In this document: positions 7,709-16,870 of the stretch, piece by piece
Layout: the number at the start of each line of letters is the position of its first letter
Numbering within the stretch: the first letter of the stretch is position 1
Made by a program: the position numbers and the translations under genes
The notes under the pieces: generated by a model
Told to the model about the DNA's origin: nothing
The model's database searches: none
The model's input: the letters and a program-made list of their open reading frames with translations, nothing else
DNA from: Trueperaceae bacterium
GTDB lineage: Bacteria > Deinococcota > Deinococci > Deinococcales > Trueperaceae
Assembly: GCA_040905465.1 (NCBI GenBank)
Contig: JBBDRK010000035.1
Span: 1 to 40,226 of the forward strand
Direction: 5' to 3'
Length of the DNA: 40,226 bases

Positions 7709-8884
7709 ATGATCGATCTCGCTATCGTCGGCGCCGGCCCGATTGGCCTCGAAACGGCCATTCTTGCCAAGCGTGCCGGGTTGAGCTACGTGGTGCTGGA
7801 GAAAGGCAGTGTCGTCAACGCCATACGCGGCTACCCGACGTACATGACCTTCTTCACCACTTCGGAGCGCCTCGAGATCGGCGGCCACCCACTCGTTACC
7901 CTCTCCGAGAAGCCAACCCGCAAGGAAGCGCTGGATTACTACCGCAAGGTCGTTCACAACGAGGATCTCGACGTTCGTCAGTACACTGAGGTCGTGGCGA
8001 TAAGGCCGTGCAGCTACGGATTCGAGGTCTCGTTCAGGGAGACTTCGCCCGGAGCCGCTCCAGACACCGACCGGCTTCTGGCCCGCAAGGTGGCCGTGGC
8101 AACCGGATATTACGACCACCCGAAGTTGCTCGACGTCCCCGGTGAAGACCTGCCGCACGTCAGCCACTATTACAGCGAGGCGCATCCCTTCTTTCGTCGT
8201 AACGTGATGATCGTCGGCGCCGGCTCGAGCGCCGCCGACGCCGCGCTCGACCTCTATCGCGCCGGCGCGCGCGTGACGATGCTCCACCGAGGCGGAGACT
8301 TCCGGCACAGCCTCAAGTACTGGGTGCGACCGAACCTCGAGAACCGGATCAAGGAAGGGTCGATCGCCCTGCACCTGAATACCCGGGTCAGTCGCATCAC
8401 ACCCGAGGCGGTCGTTGCCGAAAGAGCGACGGAGGCCGCGTCACAGCCGGCGTCAGAAACGGCGTCAGAAACGGCGTCAGAAACGGCGTCAGAGACGGCC
8501 TCAGGTCCAGTGGCGGAGACGGGGCCGGTGCCGGGAACAGGGCAAGGGGCGGCAATGGCGACGGGAACCGTGGCCGGCAACGACAGCGCGAAGAAAGACT
8601 CCGAGGAGCTGGTGATCCCGTCGGATCAGGTGTTTCTGCTCACCGGTTACTACGCTCCTCCAACGCTGTTGAGCGGAGCGGGGGTAGCCCACGATCCGGA
8701 AACACTGGCGTGTGAGCTGAACCGGGACACCTTCGAGAGCAACGTGGCCGGCCTCTACCTGGTCGGATCGGCGGGATTCGGGATGCGAACGTCTGATGTC
8801 TTCATCGAGAACGGGCTCGAGCACGTGTGTAGCGCCATGCGAGATATCGTCGAAAAACTCAGGCGAGTCCCCATGAGGGGCTGA
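7709..8884 (+). CDS. ypdA: YpdA family putative bacillithiol disulfide reductase
   Basis: GAGPIG, YPTYMTFFTT, KPTRKEALDYYR, ATGYYD, SHYYSEAHP, KYWVRPNLENRIKEG, FIENG. Contains a low-complexity insertion. Confidence 0.92.
   Translation: MIDLAIVGAGPIGLETAILAKRAGLSYVVLEKGSVVNAIRGYPTYMTFFTTSERLEIGGHPLVTLSEKPTRKEALDYYRKVVHNEDLDVRQYTEVVAIRPCSYGFEVSFRETSPGAAPDTDRLLARKVAVATGYYDHPKLLDVPGEDLPHVSHYYSEAHPFFRRNVMIVGAGSSAADAALDLYRAGARVTMLHRGGDFRHSLKYWVRPNLENRIKEGSIALHLNTRVSRITPEAVVAERATEAASQPASETASETASETASETASGPVAETGPVPGTGQGAAMATGTVAGNDSAKKDSEELVIPSDQVFLLTGYYAPPTLLSGAGVAHDPETLACELNRDTFESNVAGLYLVGSAGFGMRTSDVFIENGLEHVCSAMRDIVEKLRRVPMRG
8438..8509 (+). repeat. In-frame 12-bp tandem repeat (ASET)n inside ypdA
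   Basis: GCGTCAGAAACG x3 exact (8450-8485) plus variant copies on both sides. Confidence 0.9.
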
Positions 8885-8893
8885 GGAGTGGCT

Positions 8894-9295
8894 ATGGCGG
8901 CGCCCACCGGTTCCCGCAGTTTCGAGTTGGACGGGCTCTCGATCCTGCTGCTCGACGCCATGGACGAGCTGCCGGCGGACCAATCCGATTACGTCCTGAT
9001 CAGCGGTTCCCATGCCGGTCTCGACAGTGCCCGGCGGGCGTTGCGGAGACCGCCGCGACTGGCGATCTTCAGCGACGCCGGCGTGGGCAAGGATCGCTCG
9101 GGAGTCGCCGGGCTCGAGCTCCTGCAGGCCTTTCATATTCCGGCGGCCGCAGTCGACGTCGCCAGTGCCCGCATCGGCGACGCTGCGGATTGCCTCGACA
9201 ACGGTGTCGTGTCGCACCGCAACGAACTGGCGGCCAATCTTGGCGTAAACATTGGGGACAGGGTCCGAGACATCCTCGGCCGGCTCGAGCGCTGA
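8894..9295 (+). CDS. Hypothetical protein (GSHAG / DAGVGKD motifs)
   Basis: RBS GAGGAG before ATG 8894. Globular-looking sequence tightly packed between ypdA and the next gene. Confidence 0.75.
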   Translation: MAAPTGSRSFELDGLSILLLDAMDELPADQSDYVLISGSHAGLDSARRALRRPPRLAIFSDAGVGKDRSGVAGLELLQAFHIPAAAVDVASARIGDAADCLDNGVVSHRNELAANLGVNIGDRVRDILGRLER

Positions 9296-9306
9296 GCCGT
9301 TCCCCG

Positions 9307-11832
9307 ATGAAGCTGGTCGTCACTCACGAGCAGCCCGACTTCGACGCGTTGGCCGGCTTGGCTCTGGCGCTCCTCGCGCACCCCGGAGCGGTTGCCGTAA
9401 TCGGTGGCGACATGCCCGACAACGTACGGGCGTTCCTTCACCTCTACCGTGACAAGCTCGACCTGCAACCCGCCGATGACATCGACCCGGCGGATGTCAG
9501 CGAGCTCATCGTAGTCGATACCAACGACTACGAGCGACTGGGCAGGTTTCGCGCGCTGGCCGACACCGTGCCGGTGACGCTGTACGACCACCATCCGCGT
9601 CAGCCCGACGAGATCACGGCCGCGCACGGCATCCAGGAGCAGGTGGGCGCTACGGCCACCCTCCTTACCCGGCACCTCGAGGCTTCCGCTATCGCGATAC
9701 CCGCCGAGCTCGCCAGCCTGGCGCTCCTCGGTATTCACGAGGACACCGGTAACCTGTCGTTCGACCTGACCACCGCCGACGACTACCGGGCGGCGGCGCA
9801 CCTGATGGAACGGGGCGCTTCGCTCGAGATGATTCGTGAATTCCAGAGCGACTACGCCGACGAGGGGCAGCGTGAGCTGCTGATCGCTGCTCTCGAAAGC
9901 GCGCGCCACGAGCGCATCGGAGGCTACGATGTCGCAGTCGCGGCCTTCGATCACGCCCGCTACGTCCGAAACGCGGCGGGCACCTGCAACCGAATGCTCA
10001 CCGAGGAAGGTGCCGACGCTGCCCTGCTGGTAGTGGGAATGGACGGCAAGACCCTTGTGTTCGCACGCTCCTTGCGGGGCATCGACGTCGGTTCCGCCTT
10101 GAGCGAGGCGCTGGGCGGCGGCGGACATCAGGGAGCGGCGTTCGCGCGCTCGGACGACCCACCGAAGGTCGCCGCGAAACGGGCGCTTGCGGCCATGAGG
10201 AGCAACGTCAGAGCGGCGCTCACCGCCCGCGACATCATGAGCGCACCGGTCAAGAGCGTCAGCGCCGAAACGCCGATACACGAGGCACAGCAGCTGCTGA
10301 GCCAGTTCGGCCACAACGGAGTACCGGTACTGGACGTCAGCGGAGCGCTGGTCGGCATCATTTCTCGCCGCGATCTCGACCGCGCTCTGCGACACGACCT
10401 GTCACGCTCCAAGGTAAGCGGCTTCATGACCAAAGACGTGATCACCGCCGATCCGGACGCTACCCTCATGCAACTCGAGCGGCTGGTGGAGGAACACAAC
10501 GTCGGCCGAATTCCGATTGTCGATCCCGGCCGCTCGTCGGCGGGCGAGGTAGTCGGAATAGTCACCCGCAGCGATCTGCTGGCAGCCCATCATCCGCCGC
10601 GCGAGCCGGCCCTGGCTCTGAAGGTGCGCGATCGCCTGCCCAGTGAGGCGGGGCGGGTATTGGCGAAGGCGGTCGGCATGCTGGCCGGGCAGTCCCGCGA
10701 CGCGGCCCTCTATCTCGTAGGAGGAACCGTCCGCGACGCACTGCTCGGTCGGGCCCTGACCGACCTGGACCTGGTGGTCGAACAGTTCCCGGCCGAGCGT
10801 CTGGTCGGCCGCCTTCAGCGCGAGCTCGGCGGCGAATCGTCGTTCCACGCCACATTCGGCACCTCCAGCCTGCGGTTGCCTAGCGGGCTGACGGTCGACG
10901 TAGCGGGTGCCCGCGAGGAGTTCTACCGGCATCCTGGAGCGTTGCCCGAGGTCTCGCCCTCGTCGATACGCAAGGACCTGGCGCGACGCGACTTCACCGT
11001 CAACGCTCTGGCGGTGCGAATGAGCCCGGAGCCGCTCGTCCTGATCGACCCGTTCGGCGGCGTCGCCGATCTCGAACGGCGCACGTTGCGCACGCTTCAC
11101 CCGCTCTCCTTCGTCGAGGATCCCACCAGGCTCCTGCGAGGCGCCCGGCTGGCCGCCCGCCTCGGATTCGACCTGGCCGTAGCGACCCGCTCCCAGGCGA
11201 AGGAGGGGCTCCGTCCCGAGGTGCTCGAGCGGCTAAGCAACTCGCGACTGCGCGCCGAGCTGGAGCTGACTTTCGCCGAACGACGGGTGACGCCGGCCTT
11301 CCGATCGCTGCACGAACTCGGCGCCATGGAGGCTGCCTACGGACTGTTATGTGAAGAGACTCTTCTCCTCCGGCTCGACGAGCTACGCAGCACGACCGAC
11401 ATCCCCGACCTCAGTTACCTGCTCGCGCTGCTCCTTCGCAATCCGCTCGAGCGGGCGCAGGCCCATGTCGAGCGGTTCCACTGGCCACGCCGTCTCCTGA
11501 ACATCCGCGAGCGGCTGGCCCTGGCTGAAAATGGTGAATACGTGTCCGAGGAGTGGATAGACGAAGCGGAAGGGGCCGAGCGGACGGTCCTGCGAGTGCT
11601 TTCGCCTACCCTCGAAACCCGCCTGAGGACGTTCGATGAGGTTCCCAGGCGCCGAAAGGTGCGCGGAAAGGACGTGTTAGAGTTGGGCCTGCCGCCCGGG
11701 CCGGAGGTCGGGGAAATTCTGGAATTCGTCGCCAGGGCCAGGCAGCACGGCCAGGTGAAGTCCTTCGAAGATGAGCTGGAGCTCGCCCGGCGCCGCGTCG
11801 AGGAACGCCTCGGCCGCCGGGCGCGGGAGTAA
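9307..11832 (+). CDS. tRNA nucleotidyltransferase (A-adding/CCA type) with N-terminal DHH-DHHA1 and tandem CBS domains
   Basis: THEQPDFDA, YDHH, EDTG, GGGGH (DHH/DHHA1). Two CBS repeats. Class II NTase motifs VGGTVRD, DLD, REEFY..PGALP, DLARRDFTVNA, SFVEDPTR. Confidence 0.9.
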   Translation: MKLVVTHEQPDFDALAGLALALLAHPGAVAVIGGDMPDNVRAFLHLYRDKLDLQPADDIDPADVSELIVVDTNDYERLGRFRALADTVPVTLYDHHPRQPDEITAAHGIQEQVGATATLLTRHLEASAIAIPAELASLALLGIHEDTGNLSFDLTTADDYRAAAHLMERGASLEMIREFQSDYADEGQRELLIAALESARHERIGGYDVAVAAFDHARYVRNAAGTCNRMLTEEGADAALLVVGMDGKTLVFARSLRGIDVGSALSEALGGGGHQGAAFARSDDPPKVAAKRALAAMRSNVRAALTARDIMSAPVKSVSAETPIHEAQQLLSQFGHNGVPVLDVSGALVGIISRRDLDRALRHDLSRSKVSGFMTKDVITADPDATLMQLERLVEEHNVGRIPIVDPGRSSAGEVVGIVTRSDLLAAHHPPREPALALKVRDRLPSEAGRVLAKAVGMLAGQSRDAALYLVGGTVRDALLGRALTDLDLVVEQFPAERLVGRLQRELGGESSFHATFGTSSLRLPSGLTVDVAGAREEFYRHPGALPEVSPSSIRKDLARRDFTVNALAVRMSPEPLVLIDPFGGVADLERRTLRTLHPLSFVEDPTRLLRGARLAARLGFDLAVATRSQAKEGLRPEVLERLSNSRLRAELELTFAERRVTPAFRSLHELGAMEAAYGLLCEETLLLRLDELRSTTDIPDLSYLLALLLRNPLERAQAHVERFHWPRRLLNIRERLALAENGEYVSEEWIDEAEGAERTVLRVLSPTLETRLRTFDEVPRRRKVRGKDVLELGLPPGPEVGEILEFVARARQHGQVKSFEDELELARRRVEERLGRRARE

Positions 11833-11837
11833 ACGTC

Positions 11838-12470
11838 ATGATCCTCAACTTTTGGAACAATCCAACCATCCTCGTTATCAGCTCGATCGTCCTGATAATG
11901 GCGCTGATTTTCCACAATATGGTTCAGAGTTGGGTCGCGTCGCGCTACGGCGATCACAGCGCCCGGCACTCCGGGTTCATGAGCTTCGATCCGCAGCAGC
12001 AGCTCGAGCCGATCGGCGTGCTGTTCCTGTTCCTGCTGGGCTTCGGCTGGCCGCGCGCCATTCCCGTCAACAGTCGCAACCTTCGCGGCCGCGGCCGCCA
12101 GGAAGCGATCGTCTGGTACAGCGGACCACTCACCTACCTGGCGGTAGCGACAGTCTCCTACCTGCTTACACTGCTGTTCTTGCGGATGGGCAGCATAGAG
12201 GTAGCCAGCGCATTTCGCGTTGCGGGCGACTTCGCCATCCTCCACGCGGCGATCAACGTGTTTCCGGTCTTCCCGTTGGACGGCGCCCGGGCAGCCCTCG
12301 CCTGGGGCGGGCCGGGAGTCAGGCGCGTGATCGGTCAGCTCGCCTCCTACGGCGTGCTGGGCTTCATCGTGGTGTTCTTCGTGCTGTCAGCCACCGGCAT
12401 CACCGGCGCCATAATGGCGTTCTTCCGCAGCCTCATACTCGGGCTGCTGCGACTGATACCCGGACTCTGA
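11838..12470 (+). CDS. Site-2 protease (M50) family membrane protein with degenerate zinc motif
   Basis: FGWPRAIPVN, SGP and NVFPVFPLDG motifs of M50. HNMVQ stands where HExxH is expected. Confidence 0.85.
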   Translation: MILNFWNNPTILVISSIVLIMALIFHNMVQSWVASRYGDHSARHSGFMSFDPQQQLEPIGVLFLFLLGFGWPRAIPVNSRNLRGRGRQEAIVWYSGPLTYLAVATVSYLLTLLFLRMGSIEVASAFRVAGDFAILHAAINVFPVFPLDGARAALAWGGPGVRRVIGQLASYGVLGFIVVFFVLSATGITGAIMAFFRSLILGLLRLIPGL

Positions 12471-12483
12471 CCGTCCCTCGCCC

Positions 12484-14523
12484 TCAGGCGTCGGCAACCG
12501 GCTCGCCGACCGCCCGCACGTCGACTATCATCTGCACCACCGGCGCGTAGGTCTCGAGGGTCGCCACCAGCCTTCCTTCCGGCTCGTACTTGCGGATGCT
12601 CCGCCCGCCCCGCCGGGCGGCGTAGAGGTTCCCCTGCTCATCGATGCCGAGGTCCAGCAGGCTTTCGCTGCTCTCCCCCTGCCCCGCTTCGACGGCAAAA
12701 GACTGGCTTAGCTTGCCCTCCACGCTCACCTTGCGCACCTTAGATCCCGAAGCGTCGCTGATATAGAGGTTTCCAGCGGCGTCGAGCGCCAGTCCGTCGA
12801 GCACCCGCATCCCCTCCTGCTCGCCACCCAGCTTGAACGCCCAGCGTGTCTGGTACTGCCCGTCGGGATCGAAGCGCTGCACCTGGCGGTTGCCGAAATC
12901 CAGCACATAGACGGCACCGTCGGCTCCCACTGCCAGCACCCGCGGCTCGTTGAACAGCCCGCGGCCCTCGCCTCTGCCGCCGAACGAGTGCAGGAAGCGA
13001 CCCTCCTGGTCGAAGCGCTGGACCATGTGCGTTTCGGCGTCCAGCACGTAAAGGGTGTCGTCGGGGGCAACCGCCAGTGAGACCGGGTAGAGGAACTCGC
13101 CCTCCTTCATCCCGTAGGAACCGAAGCTATCGAGATGCGTGCCGTCGGGCGCCAGCTTGTGGATCATCCGATTCTCAGTCTGCCCCACCTGGTACTCGAA
13201 TACCGCGGCGTAGAAGTTTCCGGCGCTGTCGAGCGACACCGACAACGGCGCCGCGGAGAAGGAGCCCGGCTCGCTTCCGATGTCGCCGATACTGGTATGC
13301 AAGGAGCCTTCCGGGTCCAATACCCGCAGCACCCCCTGCCTGGTGCTCACGGTCAGTACTATCCGGCTCGGCAACTCCGCTTTACCGTCCTCGCCCAGAT
13401 CGCTGCTCTCGAGCGCGCTCTGCACCTCGGCCAACGAGGGGCGTTCCTCAGGGTCCTTCGCGATCATCCTCATCACCAGTTCGTCGAGCGCCTTGGGGAT
13501 GCCGAGGTCGAGCTGGCGCGGGGGCGGCGGGCTCTGGAAGATCTGCTGATGCACTATCGCCTCGTAGCCCCCCTTGAAGGCGGTCTGGCCGGTGAGCATC
13601 TCGTAGAGCACAAGGCCCAGGCTGTAGATGTCGCTCCGATGGTCGATCTTCAAGCCGCGGGCCTGCTCCGGCGACATGTACACGGGGGTGCCGATGCGGG
13701 CTCCGGTCATCGTGAGCCGAGACAGCACCTTGCCGCCGGCGATGCCGAAGTCCATCAGCTTTACCGCGTCGGGCGCGAGGCGCGGGTCGCCGTCCGGTCT
13801 GATTCCCCCATCGAGGATCATGATGTTGGCGGGCTTGATGTCCCGGTGGATGATGCCGGCGGAGTGGATATGCTGCAGGGCGTTCACCACCAGCCCCATG
13901 ATCTGAACGGTCAGATCGACGTCCAGCTCTTCGGCCTCCACGTAGCTCTCGAGCGAACGGCCGTTGACGTACTCCATCACCATGTAGTGCTTGATGCCGA
14001 GGCTGCCGTGCTCGAACGTCCGCACGATGTTCACGTGATTGAGACGCTGCGCCACCTCGGCCTCACGGTGGAAGCGGCGGATGAACTTGGCGTCGGCCAC
14101 GTACTGCTCCATGGGGATCTTGAGGGCGACTATCTGACCGCCCGCCTGCTTGCGGGCGCGAAAAACGCTCGCCATGCCACCGGAGCCGACCTTCTCGAGG
14201 ATCTCGTATCCGGGGACCTCCATCGGATCCAGGCCGCCGGCGTTGCCGCGCCGTCCCTTGCGGCGGCCCGAGGCGCCGGCCGGCCTGCGTTGCCGGGGCG
14301 CCACTCGAGAGCGCCGCGAAGACCCGATACTGCCCGGAACCAGCAGTCCGAGTGCCAGCGCGAAGAGCGCCAGAGGCGCCAGCGCACGTTCCGTACCGCC
14401 TAGCGCGAGCAGGCCTGCCACCACCAGGCCCGCAATCGCGAACAGCGTCGTCTTCAGCCAGCCCGGGGCCTGCAGCAGCCACAGGATCAGCAGTACCGAG
14501 ATGGCGGCAAGGAAGCCGAGCAT
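12484..14523 (-). CDS. Membrane-anchored Hanks-type Ser/Thr kinase with C-terminal NHL-repeat beta-propeller
   Basis: GSGGMA, VALK, HRDIKPAN, DFG, GTPVYMSPE, DIYSLG. NHL repeats (FLYPVSLAVAPDDTLYVLD, FNEPRVLAVGADGAVYVLD). The ATG overlaps the PP2C stop (TGATG). Confidence 0.93.
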   Translation of the reverse strand: MLGFLAAISVLLILWLLQAPGWLKTTLFAIAGLVVAGLLALGGTERALAPLALFALALGLLVPGSIGSSRRSRVAPRQRRPAGASGRRKGRRGNAGGLDPMEVPGYEILEKVGSGGMASVFRARKQAGGQIVALKIPMEQYVADAKFIRRFHREAEVAQRLNHVNIVRTFEHGSLGIKHYMVMEYVNGRSLESYVEAEELDVDLTVQIMGLVVNALQHIHSAGIIHRDIKPANIMILDGGIRPDGDPRLAPDAVKLMDFGIAGGKVLSRLTMTGARIGTPVYMSPEQARGLKIDHRSDIYSLGLVLYEMLTGQTAFKGGYEAIVHQQIFQSPPPPRQLDLGIPKALDELVMRMIAKDPEERPSLAEVQSALESSDLGEDGKAELPSRIVLTVSTRQGVLRVLDPEGSLHTSIGDIGSEPGSFSAAPLSVSLDSAGNFYAAVFEYQVGQTENRMIHKLAPDGTHLDSFGSYGMKEGEFLYPVSLAVAPDDTLYVLDAETHMVQRFDQEGRFLHSFGGRGEGRGLFNEPRVLAVGADGAVYVLDFGNRQVQRFDPDGQYQTRWAFKLGGEQEGMRVLDGLALDAAGNLYISDASGSKVRKVSVEGKLSQSFAVEAGQGESSESLLDLGIDEQGNLYAARRGGRSIRKYEPEGRLVATLETYAPVVQMIVDVRAVGEPVADA

Positions 14524-15287
14524 CAGGGAACCTCGGCAATGACCAGCGTGATGTTGTCCGGACCGCCACGCTGATTGGCCAGCGCAATCAGGTACTCGAC
14601 GCTGGACTGCCGGTTGCTGGTGCGGCGGATCTCGACGAGTATCTCCTCTGGCTCGACCTGGCCGTGCAGTCCGTCGCTGCACAGCACGAAGACGTCGCCG
14701 GGATGTACCGTCAGCGGAATGATGTCAGGCTCCACCTGCGGCCGGGTGCCGAGCGCGCGGGTGATCAGGTTGCGCCACTCGTGCACCTCTGCTTCGGCCT
14801 CCGATAGCAACCCTCGTTGGCGCTGCTCCTCGACCCAGGAGTGATCCTTGGTCAACTGGTAGATGCGGCCTTCGCGCACCAGATAGGCACGAGAGTCGCC
14901 GACATGCCCCAGCACCGCCTTGTTGTCGTGGATCGCCACCAGGGTGAGCGTCGTTCCCATCCCGCGCCGGCCGGTATCGCTGGACGCCTCGGCGTAGACA
15001 CGACGGTTCGCCAGTCGGATCGATTTTTCGGTGAGTCGATCGATTCCCACCATCGCCTTGCCCCGCTCGAGCTCATTGGCGTAGAGGCTGAACGACTCGT
15101 CGAGGACCTCCATGGCCAGCTTCGACGCGACCTCTCCCGCTGCCGCGCCGCCCATACCGTCCGCGACCGCCAAGAGAGTGAGCAACCCGCCCCGCAGCGG
15201 AAACTGCAAGACACGATGATAGTCCTCGTTTAGCGGTCTTACTCGCCCCACATCGGAGCCGTGGCCAACGTTATGACCGAGACGCAC
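14523..15287 (-). CDS. PP2C-family Ser/Thr phosphatase (Stp1/PrpC-like)
   Basis: GRVRPLNED, VADGMGG, MGTT, GHVGDSRAY, DHS, LCSDGL, GGPDNIT. Leaderless TAAACT at 15294-15299. Confidence 0.95.
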   Translation of the reverse strand: MRLGHNVGHGSDVGRVRPLNEDYHRVLQFPLRGGLLTLLAVADGMGGAAAGEVASKLAMEVLDESFSLYANELERGKAMVGIDRLTEKSIRLANRRVYAEASSDTGRRGMGTTLTLVAIHDNKAVLGHVGDSRAYLVREGRIYQLTKDHSWVEEQRQRGLLSEAEAEVHEWRNLITRALGTRPQVEPDIIPLTVHPGDVFVLCSDGLHGQVEPEEILVEIRRTSNRQSSVEYLIALANQRGGPDNITLVIAEVP

Positions 15288-15346
15288 GCGCCGAGTTTAT
15301 CCCGGAGTACCGGCGTTCCGAACGAACTATCCCACAACGAATGGCG

Positions 15347-15961
15347 TCAATTCCCCTTGGGTCTGGGCCTTCTCACGGTTTCGAGATACGGAAAAGACTC
15401 CAGCAACCGCCGGTAATCGTCGAACAGCCGCAGCGCTTCGTCGTTGTCGCTGGGAAGCTCCCGCAGTCGCAGATAAGCGAGATGGCCGGTCGCGAACTGA
15501 AACGTCGGAGTGCCGAACACGTCCATCGCCACCGCCCGATAATGCTCGTGCGCCAGGTGGGTGCGGCACTCCGGGTCCGCGAGGTCGCTTTCGAAGCACG
15601 GCATGTGCAAACCGACCTCCTCACCGACCTCGAATATCGTGGAGCGGGTGAAGGGCCGGTGATCACGGTGCCTGGCCCGCAGCAGCGCCAGCAGAAATGA
15701 GCCGTGTATCTCAGCCCCTTGCCGGCGCACGGCGCAGGACGCCAGGAACGGCAGCAGCCCGCTGCTGCCGTACTCGTCATCGGGATCCAGCCGCTCGTTC
15801 CAGAGCTGCCAGCCGTTACCCGGCCGCTTGGCCTGCAGCAAACTGAAATGCTGCCATTCGAAGACGACTTCACGGGCACGCGATACCGCGTCAGCCACCT
15901 CCGCGCCACGCCAGGCGTATGGACAGAGGTAGTCGACGTAGACCCGCACGCTCTCCGGCAT
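15347..15961 (-). CDS. DsbA/FrnE-like thioredoxin-fold protein
   Basis: DYLCPYAW active-site region and cis-Pro motif VFGTPTF. Confidence 0.85.
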   Translation of the reverse strand: MPESVRVYVDYLCPYAWRGAEVADAVSRAREVVFEWQHFSLLQAKRPGNGWQLWNERLDPDDEYGSSGLLPFLASCAVRRQGAEIHGSFLLALLRARHRDHRPFTRSTIFEVGEEVGLHMPCFESDLADPECRTHLAHEHYRAVAMDVFGTPTFQFATGHLAYLRLRELPSDNDEALRLFDDYRRLLESFPYLETVRRPRPKGN

Positions 15962-16151
15962 GCGCCCATTACATCCCCACGGTGGCCCGAAAACCGGTAG
16001 CGCGAACGACAGGAGAGCACCGCCGGCACACTCGGCGGCGGCCCTTTAACGCGGCTCGCGCCCTGTCGCCCGCCCGCCAAGGCGTGACGCGGCCTGCCGC
16101 CGCACGCCAGGCGTAGCATCTCGTCGCTGTCGGACTAAAACTCGCTAGACC

Positions 16152-16517
16152 TCACTGGGTCACGGCCAGGGCCAGGTCGGGCAGCAGCTTGCGCAACTGA
16201 AAGCGGACGCGCCCCAGGGCGTTGGCGGCCTCGAGAGTGAGCACCGCGATGAACTCCTTGCCCTCGGCCTCGAGTGGAGTCATCAACACCGGGCCGTTCT
16301 CGTACTCGATCATCGTCTGAGTGATCCGCCCTTCGCCCAGCAAGCCCGCCAGGGCCTTGCTCGACGCAAGGCTGCTGGCAATGGCGCCACCGACGAACGA
16401 GAGGTCGGTGCCCTCGGCGGAGACACCCTCGAGCACCAACCCATCGCTGTCGACGACCGCGGCGCTCAGCACGCCCTTGATCTCCAACACCTGTTGCAGA
16501 AGCGCCTTCAGCTTCAT
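16152..16517 (-). CDS. Roadblock/LC7 (MglB-like) protein
   Basis: GVLSAAVVDSDGL, IEYENGPV, LGRVR motifs; 121 aa. Confidence 0.88.
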   Translation of the reverse strand: MKLKALLQQVLEIKGVLSAAVVDSDGLVLEGVSAEGTDLSFVGGAIASSLASSKALAGLLGEGRITQTMIEYENGPVLMTPLEAEGKEFIAVLTLEAANALGRVRFQLRKLLPDLALAVTQ

Positions 16518-16870
16518 CTTTCTCCTCTCAGCAGCAGCCGCAGCGGCTCGAGCGTGCTCTCGAGCACGTGAGGCGCCGGCCCGTCGGAACGACCGTTATC
16601 GGAGACGACGACCAGGTAGTAATCCTCGACCGGAATGATGTCGACGCCGTGTGACTGCAGCGATATACGCTGCCTGCCCGGATCGCCCAAGCCGAGGGCT
16701 CGAAACGCCTTGCCGGTGGACCGGGCGATGCCTGCCACCTCGGCCGCCAACTGCTCGGCGCGCAGGCCGTAACCGAACATCTCTACCGGCAGGCCATCTC
16801 GCGTAAGTACCAGGAGCGCCACCAGGCCATCTATACCCAGCAGAGGCTGGAGGGCGCTTCGCATGTTCAC
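16514..16870 (-). CDS. Roadblock/LC7-like protein
   Basis: GLVALLVLTRDGLPVE...AEQLAAE. Overlaps both neighbours by 4 nt. Confidence 0.75.
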   Translation of the reverse strand: MNMRSALQPLLGIDGLVALLVLTRDGLPVEMFGYGLRAEQLAAEVAGIARSTGKAFRALGLGDPGRQRISLQSHGVDIIPVEDYYLVVVSDNGRSDGPAPHVLESTLEPLRLLLRGER

